Below are positions 41,138 through 53,255 of a stretch of 64,000 nt of DNA, one piece after another. The stretch's first letter is position 1; every line of letters starts with the position of its first letter. The DNA is taken from NCBI GenBank assembly GCA_964016885.1, contig OZ024741.1, forward strand, positions 172,236,001 to 172,300,000. The letters are read 5' to 3'. The notes below the pieces were generated by a model that worked only from the letters and a program-made list of their open reading frames with translations, was not told the origin of the DNA and did no database searches. This stretch comes from Eledone cirrhosa. Lineage: Eukaryota. The translations under genes and the position numbers were made by a program.

Positions 41138-41899
41138 ATGGCGACAAGACTACGGATGAACGAAGCTATCAGGCCATTCACCGGGGTAGGTGTTGTTGTC
41201 GCTTGGCTGCGAAAGGTTCGGCTGGTCGCAGGCTTGCAGAAGATAGAAGACGTGGCCGGTCTCATTGCATTGTACCTCGAGGGCGACGCGTTGGTACTCT
41301 TCCTTGAGTTGGACGAGCACAGCCAAAGAGATGTGCAGAAGATTGAGAGGCGTCTGATGGATTCATTCGTCGAGGGACCGTTCGTGGCTTTTGCTAAGCT
41401 GGCGAGAATCAGGTGGAATAGTGAGCGCGTCGACATTTTCGCAGCGGAAATAAGGCGGTTGGCTATGTTGGCGGGCTACCAGGCAGAATTCGAACGCACG
41501 GTGCGGTTGGCATTCATCAATGGATTTCCGGACGACATAGCGGTGAAACTGCAGCAAGTCCCGGGGTACAAGGAGATGGAAATGCGTTCACTGGTGGAAC
41601 AAGCCCGGATCATAGCGGAAGATGCCAAAAAGAGTGTCGCGGCGATAGCGACTACGGAGGCTCAGGACACCTGGCAGCGAAATGGTCAAAGGGAGGCAAC
41701 CTCGGCATGCGGCCGTTCGCGAGAATTTAAGGGCCGCTGTTTTAGGTGTCAGGGCCCTCATATGGCTAGAGACTGTAGAGAGTTGAAGCCGGATATAATC
41801 TGCTACCGGTGTAAGCGACCAGGCCACATCGCTACTAACTGCGACCAGGGAAACGGTCCAAGGGGAACTACTGCGCCGGTAGTTGCCCCTTACGAGTAG
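41138..41899 (+). CDS. gag: Gag with two zinc knuckles
   Basis: CFRCQGPHMARDC and CYRCKRPGHIATNC. Confidence 0.9.
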   Translation: MATRLRMNEAIRPFTGVGVVVAWLRKVRLVAGLQKIEDVAGLIALYLEGDALVLFLELDEHSQRDVQKIERRLMDSFVEGPFVAFAKLARIRWNSERVDIFAAEIRRLAMLAGYQAEFERTVRLAFINGFPDDIAVKLQQVPGYKEMEMRSLVEQARIIAEDAKKSVAAIATTEAQDTWQRNGQREATSACGRSREFKGRCFRCQGPHMARDCRELKPDIICYRCKRPGHIATNCDQGNGPRGTTAPVVAPYE

Positions 41900-41905
41900 C
41901 GGCGC
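41848..41905 (+). promoter_or_regulatory. -1 programmed ribosomal frameshift signal (G GGA AAC plus H-type pseudoknot)
   Basis: The heptamer is in the gag frame and pol is in the -1 frame. Stem 1 is 41861-41871/41879-41890; stem 2 is GCGCCG 41873-41878 with CGGCGC 41900-41905. Confidence 0.85.
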
Positions 41906-41913
41906 TGCCGGCG

Positions 41914-44583
41914 GTGGAAGTCTTCGTGAGGGGGAAGCCACAGCGAGCCCTCGTGGATACGGGCTGTACGACGACACTGGTGACCGCGGGGGTGGCGCAG
42001 AGGTGGGGAGGGAAGAGCAGCGTAAGGGCAGTCGACGGCAGGAAAATTGAATGCCGAGGTCGCAGCGAGATGGAAATAGCGGTACGGGGAAGGACGATAA
42101 GGCTTTCCGCCATCGTGGTAGACAGTGTGGTGGATGGGTTCGGCGTGGTTATGGGCATGGACGCGATTGGCCGTCTAGGGGGCGTCACGGTGAACAATGT
42201 CGGTGTGGCGTTTGGCGCCGCTGCATCGGTATGCGCTGTGAGTGCACGTCATGAGAACCAGAAGGCCCACGAGGGGCAATACCCCGCTTACACTGTACAG
42301 GACAAGGACTTCAAGGCCATGTTTGATGGGCAGCGATGGGTTGTTGAGTGGTACTGGAAGGGAGAACCACCAACACTGAAGACCAAAGTGGGCTGCTATC
42401 AACACACATTGAAGGGAAACGCTAGGGGCGAGTTCGAGCGAGAAGTAGAGAGATGGATCGAAGAGGGCATACTGCTTCCCTGGAAGGAGGAGGTGAAGTG
42501 CGGAGTATTGCCGTTGATGGCGGTGGTGCAACCCACGAAGAGCAAGGTGAGGCTGGTGCTGGACTATCGAGAGCTGAACGAGCACGTGTCATGCCACACG
42601 GGTAGCGAGGTCACGGATGTCTGTGGGGAAACCCTGCGTGAGTGGAGACGCATGACGGGGGGTTCAGCGATCGTGGATCTAAAGTCGGCTTACTTGCAGT
42701 TGCATATAGATGAGAAGCTCTGGCGGTATCAGCTGGTCAGGTATAAGGGCCGGACATATTGCCTGACCAGGCTCGGTTTCGGGTTGAGCTCCGCACCGAA
42801 GATCATGGCGGCGGTCCTCAAGACCGCTCTGGGGAGGGCCGACAAGATAAAGAGGGCTACTAACTCCTACATTGACGACATCCTAGTGGACGAGTCGGTG
42901 GTGTCGACGGCGGAGGTCACGAGCCATTTGCGGAGGTATGGACTGACTGCGAAGCCATCAGAAGCATTGGAGGGAGGAGCCGCGCTGGGACTTAGGCTAC
43001 GGCGAGATAAGACGGGCGTTTTGGTGTTCCAGAGGGGAAACGAAGTTCCGGAACAGGGCCCAAGTATGAATAGGCGGGAGCTTTTCTCGGTGTGTGGAAA
43101 GCTGGTGGGTCACTACTCGATCGCTGGGTGGCTCCGGACGGCATGCAGCTATGTCAAGAGACGAGCGGGAGGGGTGACTTGGAGTGACAGAGTGGGAGAG
43201 AGAACGGTGGCCATGATGCAGGAGATCGTGGGGAGGGTGAAGGCCGACGACCCAGTGCGGGGACGCTGGTATGTTCCCAAATCACGGAGCGGGACCGTAT
43301 GGTGCGAAGCCAGCAGCATAGCGCTGGGTGTCACGTTGGAGATAGGAGGTGTTGAGGTCGAGGATGCAGCCTGGCTTAGAAAGAAGGACGACTGCAGCCA
43401 CATCAATGTGGCCGAGCTGGACGCGGTGTTGAGAGGGGTGAACCTCGCCCTGCGGTGGGGGCTGCGCACCATCGAGATACGCACCGACTCGGCTACCGTA
43501 CTCGGATGGGTAAGATCAGTGCTCACCAGTGAGAAGAGAGTGCGAACGAGAGGCGCGGCGGAGATGCTGATAAAGCGCCGCCTGGGAACGTTAGGAGAGC
43601 TGGCCACCGAGTTCGACCTGAAGCTGAGCGTAGTGTTCGTGCCTTCAGAGAAAAATAGGGCGGACATCTTAACTAGAGTGAAGAAAGCCTGGATGGAAGC
43701 GCCGGAGGAGGTAGAGGATGAGATAGCTGCCGTGTGTCGGCTGACCGAGTTAGACCTGAAGGGGTTGCATGACATGCACCACATGGGGGTGGATAGGAGC
43801 CTGTTCCTAGCCAGGAGAATCGACTCGGACGTTAGGAGACACAGTGTTCGGGGGGTTGTTAGAGGCTGCGTCCCATGTCAGTCCATTGATCCCGCCCCGG
43901 GTGTACACGAAACGGGAAGCCTCCCGGTGGATCGCGACTGGAAGCGATTAGCGGTGGATGTGACGCACTACCGGCAGGGAACGTACCTCTCGATGGTCGA
44001 CTGTGGACCAGGTCGAGTGGCGATATGGAGGGAGATGAAGACCGGAACGGCCGAGGAAATCGTGCGGACGTTGAGAGAGGTGTTCTTGGAGCGGGGCCCT
44101 GTGGATGAACTGCTGATGGACAACAGCGCAGCGTTCCGCTCGGAGGCACTGATGGGGATGCTCGAGGGATGGAAGGTGGACCGTTTCTTCAGAGCGGCGC
44201 ATAGGCCAAGCGGGAATGGAATCGTGGAGCGACACCACCGGACGATCAAGGCAATGGCGGAGCGGGGCCATATCTCACCAATGGAGGCAGTGTTCTGGTA
44301 CAATATGTCCCCTCGGGTTGGGCAGATCGAGGAATCGGTGCCACACAGAGCAGTATTCAAATACGAGTGGCGGCACCCGTGCACGCCACCACAACGGCCA
44401 GTGGGGAGAGAGAGTGCATTCGTGCAGGTGGGTGAAGAAGTCTGGGTTAAGCCCCCAGATGCACGGTGCACATCTCAATGGAGAAGGGGAACGGTGACGG
44501 CCGTAAATTCAAAGAACAATGTGTCCGTGGACGGGGTACCACGTCGTAGTTTTAGTGATCAGAAACACACACTGTATATATAA
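41914..44583 (+). CDS. pol: Pol polyprotein (protease, RT, RNase H, integrase), entered by frameshift at about 41854
   Basis: LVDTGC; DLKSAYLQ, LGFGL, YIDD; EASS/ELDA/TDS/NRAD; HH-CC and D-D-E (VDV, MDN, VERH). The last ~12 codons run into flanking DNA. Confidence 0.92.
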   Translation: MEVFVRGKPQRALVDTGCTTTLVTAGVAQRWGGKSSVRAVDGRKIECRGRSEMEIAVRGRTIRLSAIVVDSVVDGFGVVMGMDAIGRLGGVTVNNVGVAFGAAASVCAVSARHENQKAHEGQYPAYTVQDKDFKAMFDGQRWVVEWYWKGEPPTLKTKVGCYQHTLKGNARGEFEREVERWIEEGILLPWKEEVKCGVLPLMAVVQPTKSKVRLVLDYRELNEHVSCHTGSEVTDVCGETLREWRRMTGGSAIVDLKSAYLQLHIDEKLWRYQLVRYKGRTYCLTRLGFGLSSAPKIMAAVLKTALGRADKIKRATNSYIDDILVDESVVSTAEVTSHLRRYGLTAKPSEALEGGAALGLRLRRDKTGVLVFQRGNEVPEQGPSMNRRELFSVCGKLVGHYSIAGWLRTACSYVKRRAGGVTWSDRVGERTVAMMQEIVGRVKADDPVRGRWYVPKSRSGTVWCEASSIALGVTLEIGGVEVEDAAWLRKKDDCSHINVAELDAVLRGVNLALRWGLRTIEIRTDSATVLGWVRSVLTSEKRVRTRGAAEMLIKRRLGTLGELATEFDLKLSVVFVPSEKNRADILTRVKKAWMEAPEEVEDEIAAVCRLTELDLKGLHDMHHMGVDRSLFLARRIDSDVRRHSVRGVVRGCVPCQSIDPAPGVHETGSLPVDRDWKRLAVDVTHYRQGTYLSMVDCGPGRVAIWREMKTGTAEEIVRTLREVFLERGPVDELLMDNSAAFRSEALMGMLEGWKVDRFFRAAHRPSGNGIVERHHRTIKAMAERGHISPMEAVFWYNMSPRVGQIEESVPHRAVFKYEWRHPCTPPQRPVGRESAFVQVGEEVWVKPPDARCTSQWRRGTVTAVNSKNNVSVDGVPRRSFSDQKHTLYI

Positions 44584-44779
44584 ATTGAATGGAAACAACT
44601 TCTACGGGACTAGAACTGTTTTATCCACTCACACACACACTTACACATACATGAATATATATATATAACTATTTATTATAAAAACAGATTAAAGTGTAAA
44701 CAAAGAATCGGTGTTCTAACTAACTCGTCCCATGGACTGAGTGCTCAACCACTACAGATATTACCTTCCAGTGTTCTAC

Positions 44780-44831
<52 letters not shown>

Positions 44832-44943
44832 ATATATGTGTGAATGAAGTAATTCCGTCGGAAAAGTCCAAGAAAAAAGAGTGCTTTATGTAGGTAACAG
44901 AGCTTAAAATGGAATAATTGCCTTATGTTGTTTATTACATAAT

Positions 44944-44994
<51 letters not shown>

Positions 44995-44998
<4 letters not shown>

Positions 44999-45192
44999 TA
45001 ACTTATTCCGGGTTGAATCGGAGGTAACCATAGTAAGTAAGGTACTCAATACATAGCAGAGTATAAAAGTTTTAATATAGATGAGATTCTACAGGACTAG
45101 AACTGTTTCATTCTTGAGAAATCATCAGATTCCTGATGATTTCTCAAGAATGAAACAGTTCTAGTCCTGTAGAATCTCATCTATAGTAAAAC
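44995..45192. repeat. Family E terminal repeat with ~60-bp fold-back palindrome of the hammerhead
   Basis: Arms 45069-45128 and 45133-45192 (one mismatch), spacer ATTC. Confidence 0.85.
45127..45177 (+). ncRNA. Intact type I hammerhead (family E)
   Basis: AGATTC-CTGATGA-T TTCT ca AGAA T-GAA-ACAG ttctagtc CTGT-A-GAATCT. Confidence 0.88.
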
Positions 45193-45304
45193 TATATATA
45201 TATATATTTATATATATATATATATAAAATCTTTATCGAGCCCTCTTCGGATTTTAGTCTTCACATTTATTATTACTATCTATATAAATATATATATATA
45301 TGTA

Positions 45305-45358
<54 letters not shown>

Positions 45359-45524
45359 TTTGTAGTGTATGTGTGTTTATTTGTGTGTGCATGTGCGTTT
45401 GTGTGTGCGTGTTTATGAATGAAACAGTACTAGTTCTGTAGAAGACATTTACATTTAAATGTATGTACAGAGAGAGAGAGGGGGGGATAGGAAGGGAGAC
45501 AAAGAGATAGAGAATATATGAGAG

Positions 45525-45950
45525 AGAGAGTGTAAGAGAAAGTGTTGTGGAGAGAATAGTTTTCCTTTAAGGCATGTCCGAAAACAAAAGTATTAAAACC
45601 AGCCAGAGTGGCTTGAGTACCTTATTCAGTTATACCGTAGGAGCCATCATTACCTGGTTCATGTTTACGAATAGCTATAAATAACACTAGCAGCCAACGC
45701 CACCAAGCTAAATTCTAATTCTATTCTATTTTAAGTTGAGCCAACTTATATAGCTTCATCTGCAAATGAGATTAATCACCTCATTTACACAGACGAAAAA
45801 ACTATATATTTTCGCCTGTCTTCAAAGTCCGGGAGTTGGTAGTGCGACGAGAACCAGGTGAGTTCAAAATGCATCGTCGGTTGTCCCCCTTGCTTTTGCC
45901 GAACACCGCTTGGTGGCGTTGGCTACTAGTGTTATTCATAGTTATGACTT
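45525..45950. repeat. Repeat with ~38-bp inverted arms; left part duplicated at about 46410-46580
   Basis: ATAACACTAGCAGCCAACGCCACCAAGC versus GCTTGGTGGCGTTGGCTACTAGTGTTAT. Confidence 0.55.
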
Positions 45951-45998
45951 TCTAAATGTTTATTTACAAGCATACTGTATTTCTTTCGAAATACGAAA

Positions 45999-46042
<44 letters not shown>

Positions 46043-46182
46043 AAAGTTAAACAAGGTTCAATGAATACATCAAAGAATGAGTTTTACAATAGATTGGAAG
46101 CACTCAACAGTTAAAAAGGTTTTCAAGAGTTATTAATATTAATTCAAAATATTAACAAAATAGATATTCTTGTGATCAATTA

Positions 46183-46249
46183 TATTTTATTATACATATT
46201 TCAGAAATACTGAGTTAAGTTTGACAGTACGTCCTCATCAGATAAAATA
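46183..46249 (-). ncRNA. Hammerhead (inverted pLTR)
   Basis: Reverse-complement homolog of 50705-50771. Confidence 0.75.
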
Positions 46250-49200
46250 GGATGATGCATGACATACCATGACTTAGTAGATGGTTAAGATTCAGTCATG
46301 GTAGCGATTAACATATGACAAAACTCAATATTTATACCCTAATATTGAGAACATGAGATAACATAATACAAACAATAGAGAGGGTGCGTGTAATACAGTT
46401 TAAATATATAGAGAGTGTAAGAGAAAGAGTTGGGGAGAGAATAGTTTTCCTTTGAGGCATGTACGAAAACAAAGGTATTAAAACCAGCCAGAGCGGCTTG
46501 AGTACCTTATTGAGCCATCATTACCTGGTTCATGTTTACGAATAGCTATAAATAACACTAGCAGCCAACGCCACCAAGCTATATATAGGTCACCAATACC
46601 TTAGAACTTTCAAAGAAAAAAATCTCGGAAATAAAAAAGTTAATAAAATATTGGTAAAATCGGACAAAATAAATAATTCATATGGGATAAATAAAGAAGA
46701 ATATAATAATTTGATTTTAAAAGAACTAAGGAAAAATTATAAAAAAGCCCCGGCTGAAGATCTTACAGACATCAATAATGATGCATATAAATTAATTGCA
46801 AAGTTAGGAATTGAAGGAAAAACCAAGCCTCTTATACCTAGACAGCCGAGGATCAATTTTAAAGATCACAAAAGAAACTTTGAGGAAGACGTGCCAGTTA
46901 GACTGATTGCTCCATCTAAATCGGATATTGGAGTAATCAGTAAAAATATTATTGATAGAATTCTACCTATTTTGAAATTGAGGTCTAAATTGAGCTTGTG
47001 GAAGGATACAAATGAAGTGATTGAATGGTATAAAAATATAGATGATAAGAAAAATAATAAATTCATCCAGATGGACATAGCAAGCTATTACTCTTCCATT
47101 ACGCCTAACCTACTAAATAAGGCTTTATCATGCGTTTACAAACATACAGATCTAACTACGGATGAAATGGATATCATATTAACTGCTAGAAGGCCTCTAA
47201 TTAACTTCAACAATAAGTATTGAACCCGCTCAGATAGAAATAGAAACTTCGACATTACCATGGGATCATCTGAATCAGCGCAAGTCACGGATCTTCTAGG
47301 GATTTTCATCTTAAATATGATAAATATTTTATTTACGGTTGTTAAACACAACAATATAGAACTAAATAGGGTAAAGAAAAGTATAATTGAATTCTTTAAA
47401 AATTACGACCTTAAACTAGAGGTAGAAAGTGGTACGAAAATAGTTAATTTCCTTGATGTTACCCTTAACTTAAACTTTGGTTTTTATTACCCTTTCCATA
47501 AGCTCAATGAAAACTTAAATTACGTTAATTATTACTCTAATCACCCTAAATCTGTGAAAAACGCAATTGTAAAACGTGTACAAAAACGCATAACTAGAAT
47601 ATCTGCCAATAAATCAATATTTGATGAAAAAGCAGGATATTACAATGATGCGCTAAGAAAGGCATATAAAAATAATATAGAATATATAGACAATAATAAT
47701 CCGAGTCTTAATCCGGATAAAAATAATGGCATATATAAACGAAATTCTAAAAATTCTAATAATTATAATTCAAACACCTGTACTGTAAATAAATCGGGGA
47801 AAAGAACCAGAACTTCTGTAGCAGTAAGAACACCAATAGCTAATCTATTTTTAAAGCTTTAGATAGTTCCTTCCCTAGTCAACATAAATACCACTCCATA
47901 TTTAATAGACACACAATTAAACTGTCTTATTCTACAACTATGAATATGGCCCAAAACATCGCTAAACTAAATAGTATAATTATAAACCCAAATCAACATA
48001 ATGCTATTAATAATAGTGTTAATATAAATAATAATAAATCGAAATGTAATTGTAGACATAAACCAGATTGCCCTCTGCAAAATAATTGTCTGGATAGAAA
48101 TCTGGTGTATAAATGCACCGTAAAAACAAATAACAACACATACTACTACATAGAAGCAACTTCTTCGACATTTAAATCGAGATTTGCGATTCACAAATGC
48201 TCATTTTCGAGTTTTAATAGGTAGTCTTCGACTTCTTTATCACAACTTATATGGTCATTAAAAGACAAAAATTTAAAATACTCGATCTTTTGAACGAAGC
48301 TCTGTAATAGTAAAATATATACGAACTCATCTATATCAACTGGCTGCAACCTCTGCATAAAGGTGACCCTATTAATAATTAATAATTATGAAAACTTAAT
48401 TAACAAAAAAAGTGAATTATTCTCAAACTGCCTTCATAAAGCTTTGTCTACATTTCAAGCCTCGCAAAAAATCAGGAACAAACACTAAATAATCAGGCCT
48501 TAATTTTTGACATCTCTTATCAACTGTTGGGCCTAAAAAGTCATAACGTTTTTTATAAAACTTTAATAATGCTTTATCTTCTAACCATTTATGATAGAAT
48601 TAATGAATGATACTCTTTTGATAACTTGTTTACTTGATAGATATGCATACCTTATGGTTTTTTGATATTTATAATTTTGATTCAGATCTTTATTTATCTG
48701 TCTCTGTTTTAAATATATAATTTGGATATTTAACTTGTAAATTTACTGATTATGATTGAACTGTGGATCATTCATGCGTTTGCATATTTTACATATTTTA
48801 CTTATTTTGAGTATGTTTTGGGGGTCTCAGAAAGTTAGATTTGCATTTTTATATATATCTAGGTATAAATATATCAAACCATAATAGTCGACAAATATTC
48901 GTCTCTCTCTCCACTGAACTGGAGGTAAAACTACAATTCTAGCATTACTAATAATGATTATAATTATTTATTTATTTAATGTATACCATTTCATTAATAT
49001 CTATAATAATATCTCTATAGAGGTGTACAAATATCTTTATCTAGTGTAATAACATACTCGTAGTTACATTTATAACATATTTTAGACACTCAAATGACTC
49101 TATATTGTTATAAGTGTTTGATATTCCCTGCAAGTTCGAATTTATATAATGATTTTTACTTAATATAATATAATTTAATTTGACATATTTTATTTTAATT

Positions 49201-49554
49201 AAATTTAGATTACCTTCGGCTTTTTCAAATACTTAGCCCCTCTTTCTATCACATTCGCTAAAATATTTTAGATGTATCTTTTGTCTACTATATTAAAACA
49301 CTATTACATTTATAATATATTTTTAATATTGGACATATTTAAGTTTCGCAAACAATTCATTATCTTTTATTTGTATATTTATTTTGTATCTAGCCCCTAT
49401 CATTAGGACTCATGTAGTTTTGACTTATATGTGTATAGTGTATATCAACTAAATGAAAATAATTGATATAAAACATTAATTTTTTAACAATATTTTTTAA
49501 CTATATATATTTTGTGAACAATATTTTCAGTAACTTATTTACTATATTATATCA

Positions 49555-50082
49555 TACTTCATAAAATAATTCTAGTTATAATTGTTAAAGAATATATTGT
49601 TAAATAGTTTGAGTGCCTAAAGGATCAACCGGCCTTATAACTAAACTTAAAGAGGTCTGAATTTTTAATTATAAATATGTGTGGATTGGCAGTATCGGTA
49701 GAGGGTCGGACGCCATGCTTTCTAGCATAGTTACGTCCCTTTACGATCTGAGTTCAAATCCCGCCGAGGTTGACTTTGCCTTTCATCCTTACGGGGTCGA
49801 TAAAATAAAGTACCAGTAATGCACTGGGTAATTGCTAGCCTTGTGCCTAAAGTAGAAACAATTATATCATTGTATTATATTATATATATTTGAAATGTTT
49901 CACCTCAATTATAAACAAATAATAAACTATAATCCTTGTATAATTTTTTGATCAACACATATTTATAATTAAAAATTCAGACCTCTTTAAGTTTAGTTAT
50001 AAGGCCGGTTGATCCTTTAGGCACTCAAACTATTTAACAATATATTCTTTAACAATTATAACTAGAATTATTTTATGAAGTA
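49555..50082. repeat. ~128-bp inverted repeat enclosing a SINE
   Basis: 49555-49682 is the reverse complement of 49955-50082. Confidence 0.85.
49683..49865 (+). mobile_element. SINE copy (near consensus)
   Basis: GGATTGGCAGTATCGGTAGA...GAGTTCAAATCCCGCCGAGGTTGACTTTGCCTTTCATCCTTACGGGGTCGATAAAATAAAGTACC...AGAAACAATTAT. Confidence 0.9.
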
Positions 50083-50704
50083 TTATATTAACTGTTGTCA
50101 ATATTATAAATAATTTTGGTATTGATTACCTTCGTGAGGGTATGAAAGCATTATATATTTTCTTTCTCGTGTTTCGTAAATCCTTTAAATTTGTTTTCAT
50201 AAAATTTGAATTTTCAAAATTAACCATAATTATAATATTAATACAAATACCTATTAACTTTTAAAACCTAAAATATTATTCATTACTCTGAAATAACTTA
50301 GATTAAATATTTTGAATATTAACGGCCAACTATATTAATTTGGGTATATGGAAAATTGTATATAAACTACTCATAAATTACTCCCCTTTGTATCTCTCTC
50401 TCTCTCTTTAATCATCTTTCATTTGTTTTTTCGAGCCATTAAATATATTATCACATCAGCTGTTTCTTCCTATATGCTTTCCTTTCCTTCCTCTTTCTTC
50501 AGTAGCTTTTAAAAAAAAAATTTAACTGTTATATTGATGCCATGTATTTTTAAAACTGTATTACACGCACCCTCTCTATTGTTTGTATTATGTTATCTCA
50601 TGTTCTCAATATTAGGATATAAATATTGAGTTTTGTCATATGTTAATCACTACCATGACTGAATCTTAACCATCTACTATGTCAGGGTATGCCATGCATC
50701 ATCC

Positions 50705-50771
50705 TATTTTATCTGATGAGGACGTACTGTTAAACTTAACTCAGTACCTCTGAAATATGTATAATAAAATA
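50705..50771 (+). ncRNA. Hammerhead in 3' pLTR
   Basis: Core and stems identical to 10214-10280; only the stem II loop differs. Confidence 0.8.
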
Positions 50772-50829
50772 TAATTGATCTCAAGAATATCTATTTTGTT
50801 AATATTTTGAATTAATATTATATATAGAG

Positions 50830-52790
<1,961 letters not shown>

Positions 52791-52902
52791 TCATATATAT
52801 ATATATGCATGCATCCATGCATACATACTTGCATACATACATATATGTATACACGTACATACATACATACATACATACATACATACATACATACATACAT
52901 AC

Positions 52903-53255
52903 GTGATGGCTGTCCCCTCGTTATCGAGATTGGCCATTGCATAATATAACATTATTAATAATTATTCATTAATGCTATCGTGCAATGCCTGTGCGTGAAG
53001 ATTCTTTTTAAAGTGAGAAAAGACTTTGCACTGAGCCAATCCCACTCTCTGAGCGACAGTAGCTATAATCCGAAAAGAAGAAAAGATCAACATCATCGGT
53101 AACTACTGAGCCGCAGGTTTTATGTCGGAGTTATCCCAGTTTCCTGAGTTGCCTTCTTCTAGAAGAATGCTCTGACAAAGACTAGGGGTCCTTCACTCCC
53201 AGTGGTTTAACTGTGCGATCGGGTGTCCAGCCCGACTATTTCTATGTCCCCTTCA
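52903..53255 (-). mobile_element. Putative RTE-derived non-autonomous element within (TACA)n
   Basis: Bounded by (CATA)n on both sides; minus strand has GTTAAACCACTGG and CTAGAAGAAGGCAACTC, reminiscent of RTE 5' UTRs. Confidence 0.4.

Larger units (their letters stand above)
40715..44550 (+). mobile_element. Ty3/Gypsy LTR retrotransposon, 3'-truncated
   Basis: Putative 5' LTR at about 40715-41063 (boundaries uncertain), then gag and pol (PR-RT-RH-IN). Visibly GC-rich; no 3' LTR. Confidence 0.9.
46040..50820 (+). mobile_element. Second Nematis-like PLE (same family as 7250-10325) with inverted 5' pLTR and expanded 3' region
   Basis: ORF pieces 46651-47223, 47260-47862 and 47940-48224. About 46135-46400 is the reverse complement of about 50553-50820. 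HHRs at 46183-46249 (-) and 50705-50771 (+). Confidence 0.88.

Noticed and set aside
42051-44497. Several overlapping and antisense ORFs within pol
   Set aside because: Expected by-products of GC-rich coding sequence.
47221-47223. In-frame TGA in a PLE RT as possible selenocysteine (as reported for Naiad PLEs)
   Set aside because: It aligns to Trp (YWTR) in the sister copy at about 8210, so it is a simple TGG>TGA change; the endonuclease here is C-terminal, unlike Naiads.
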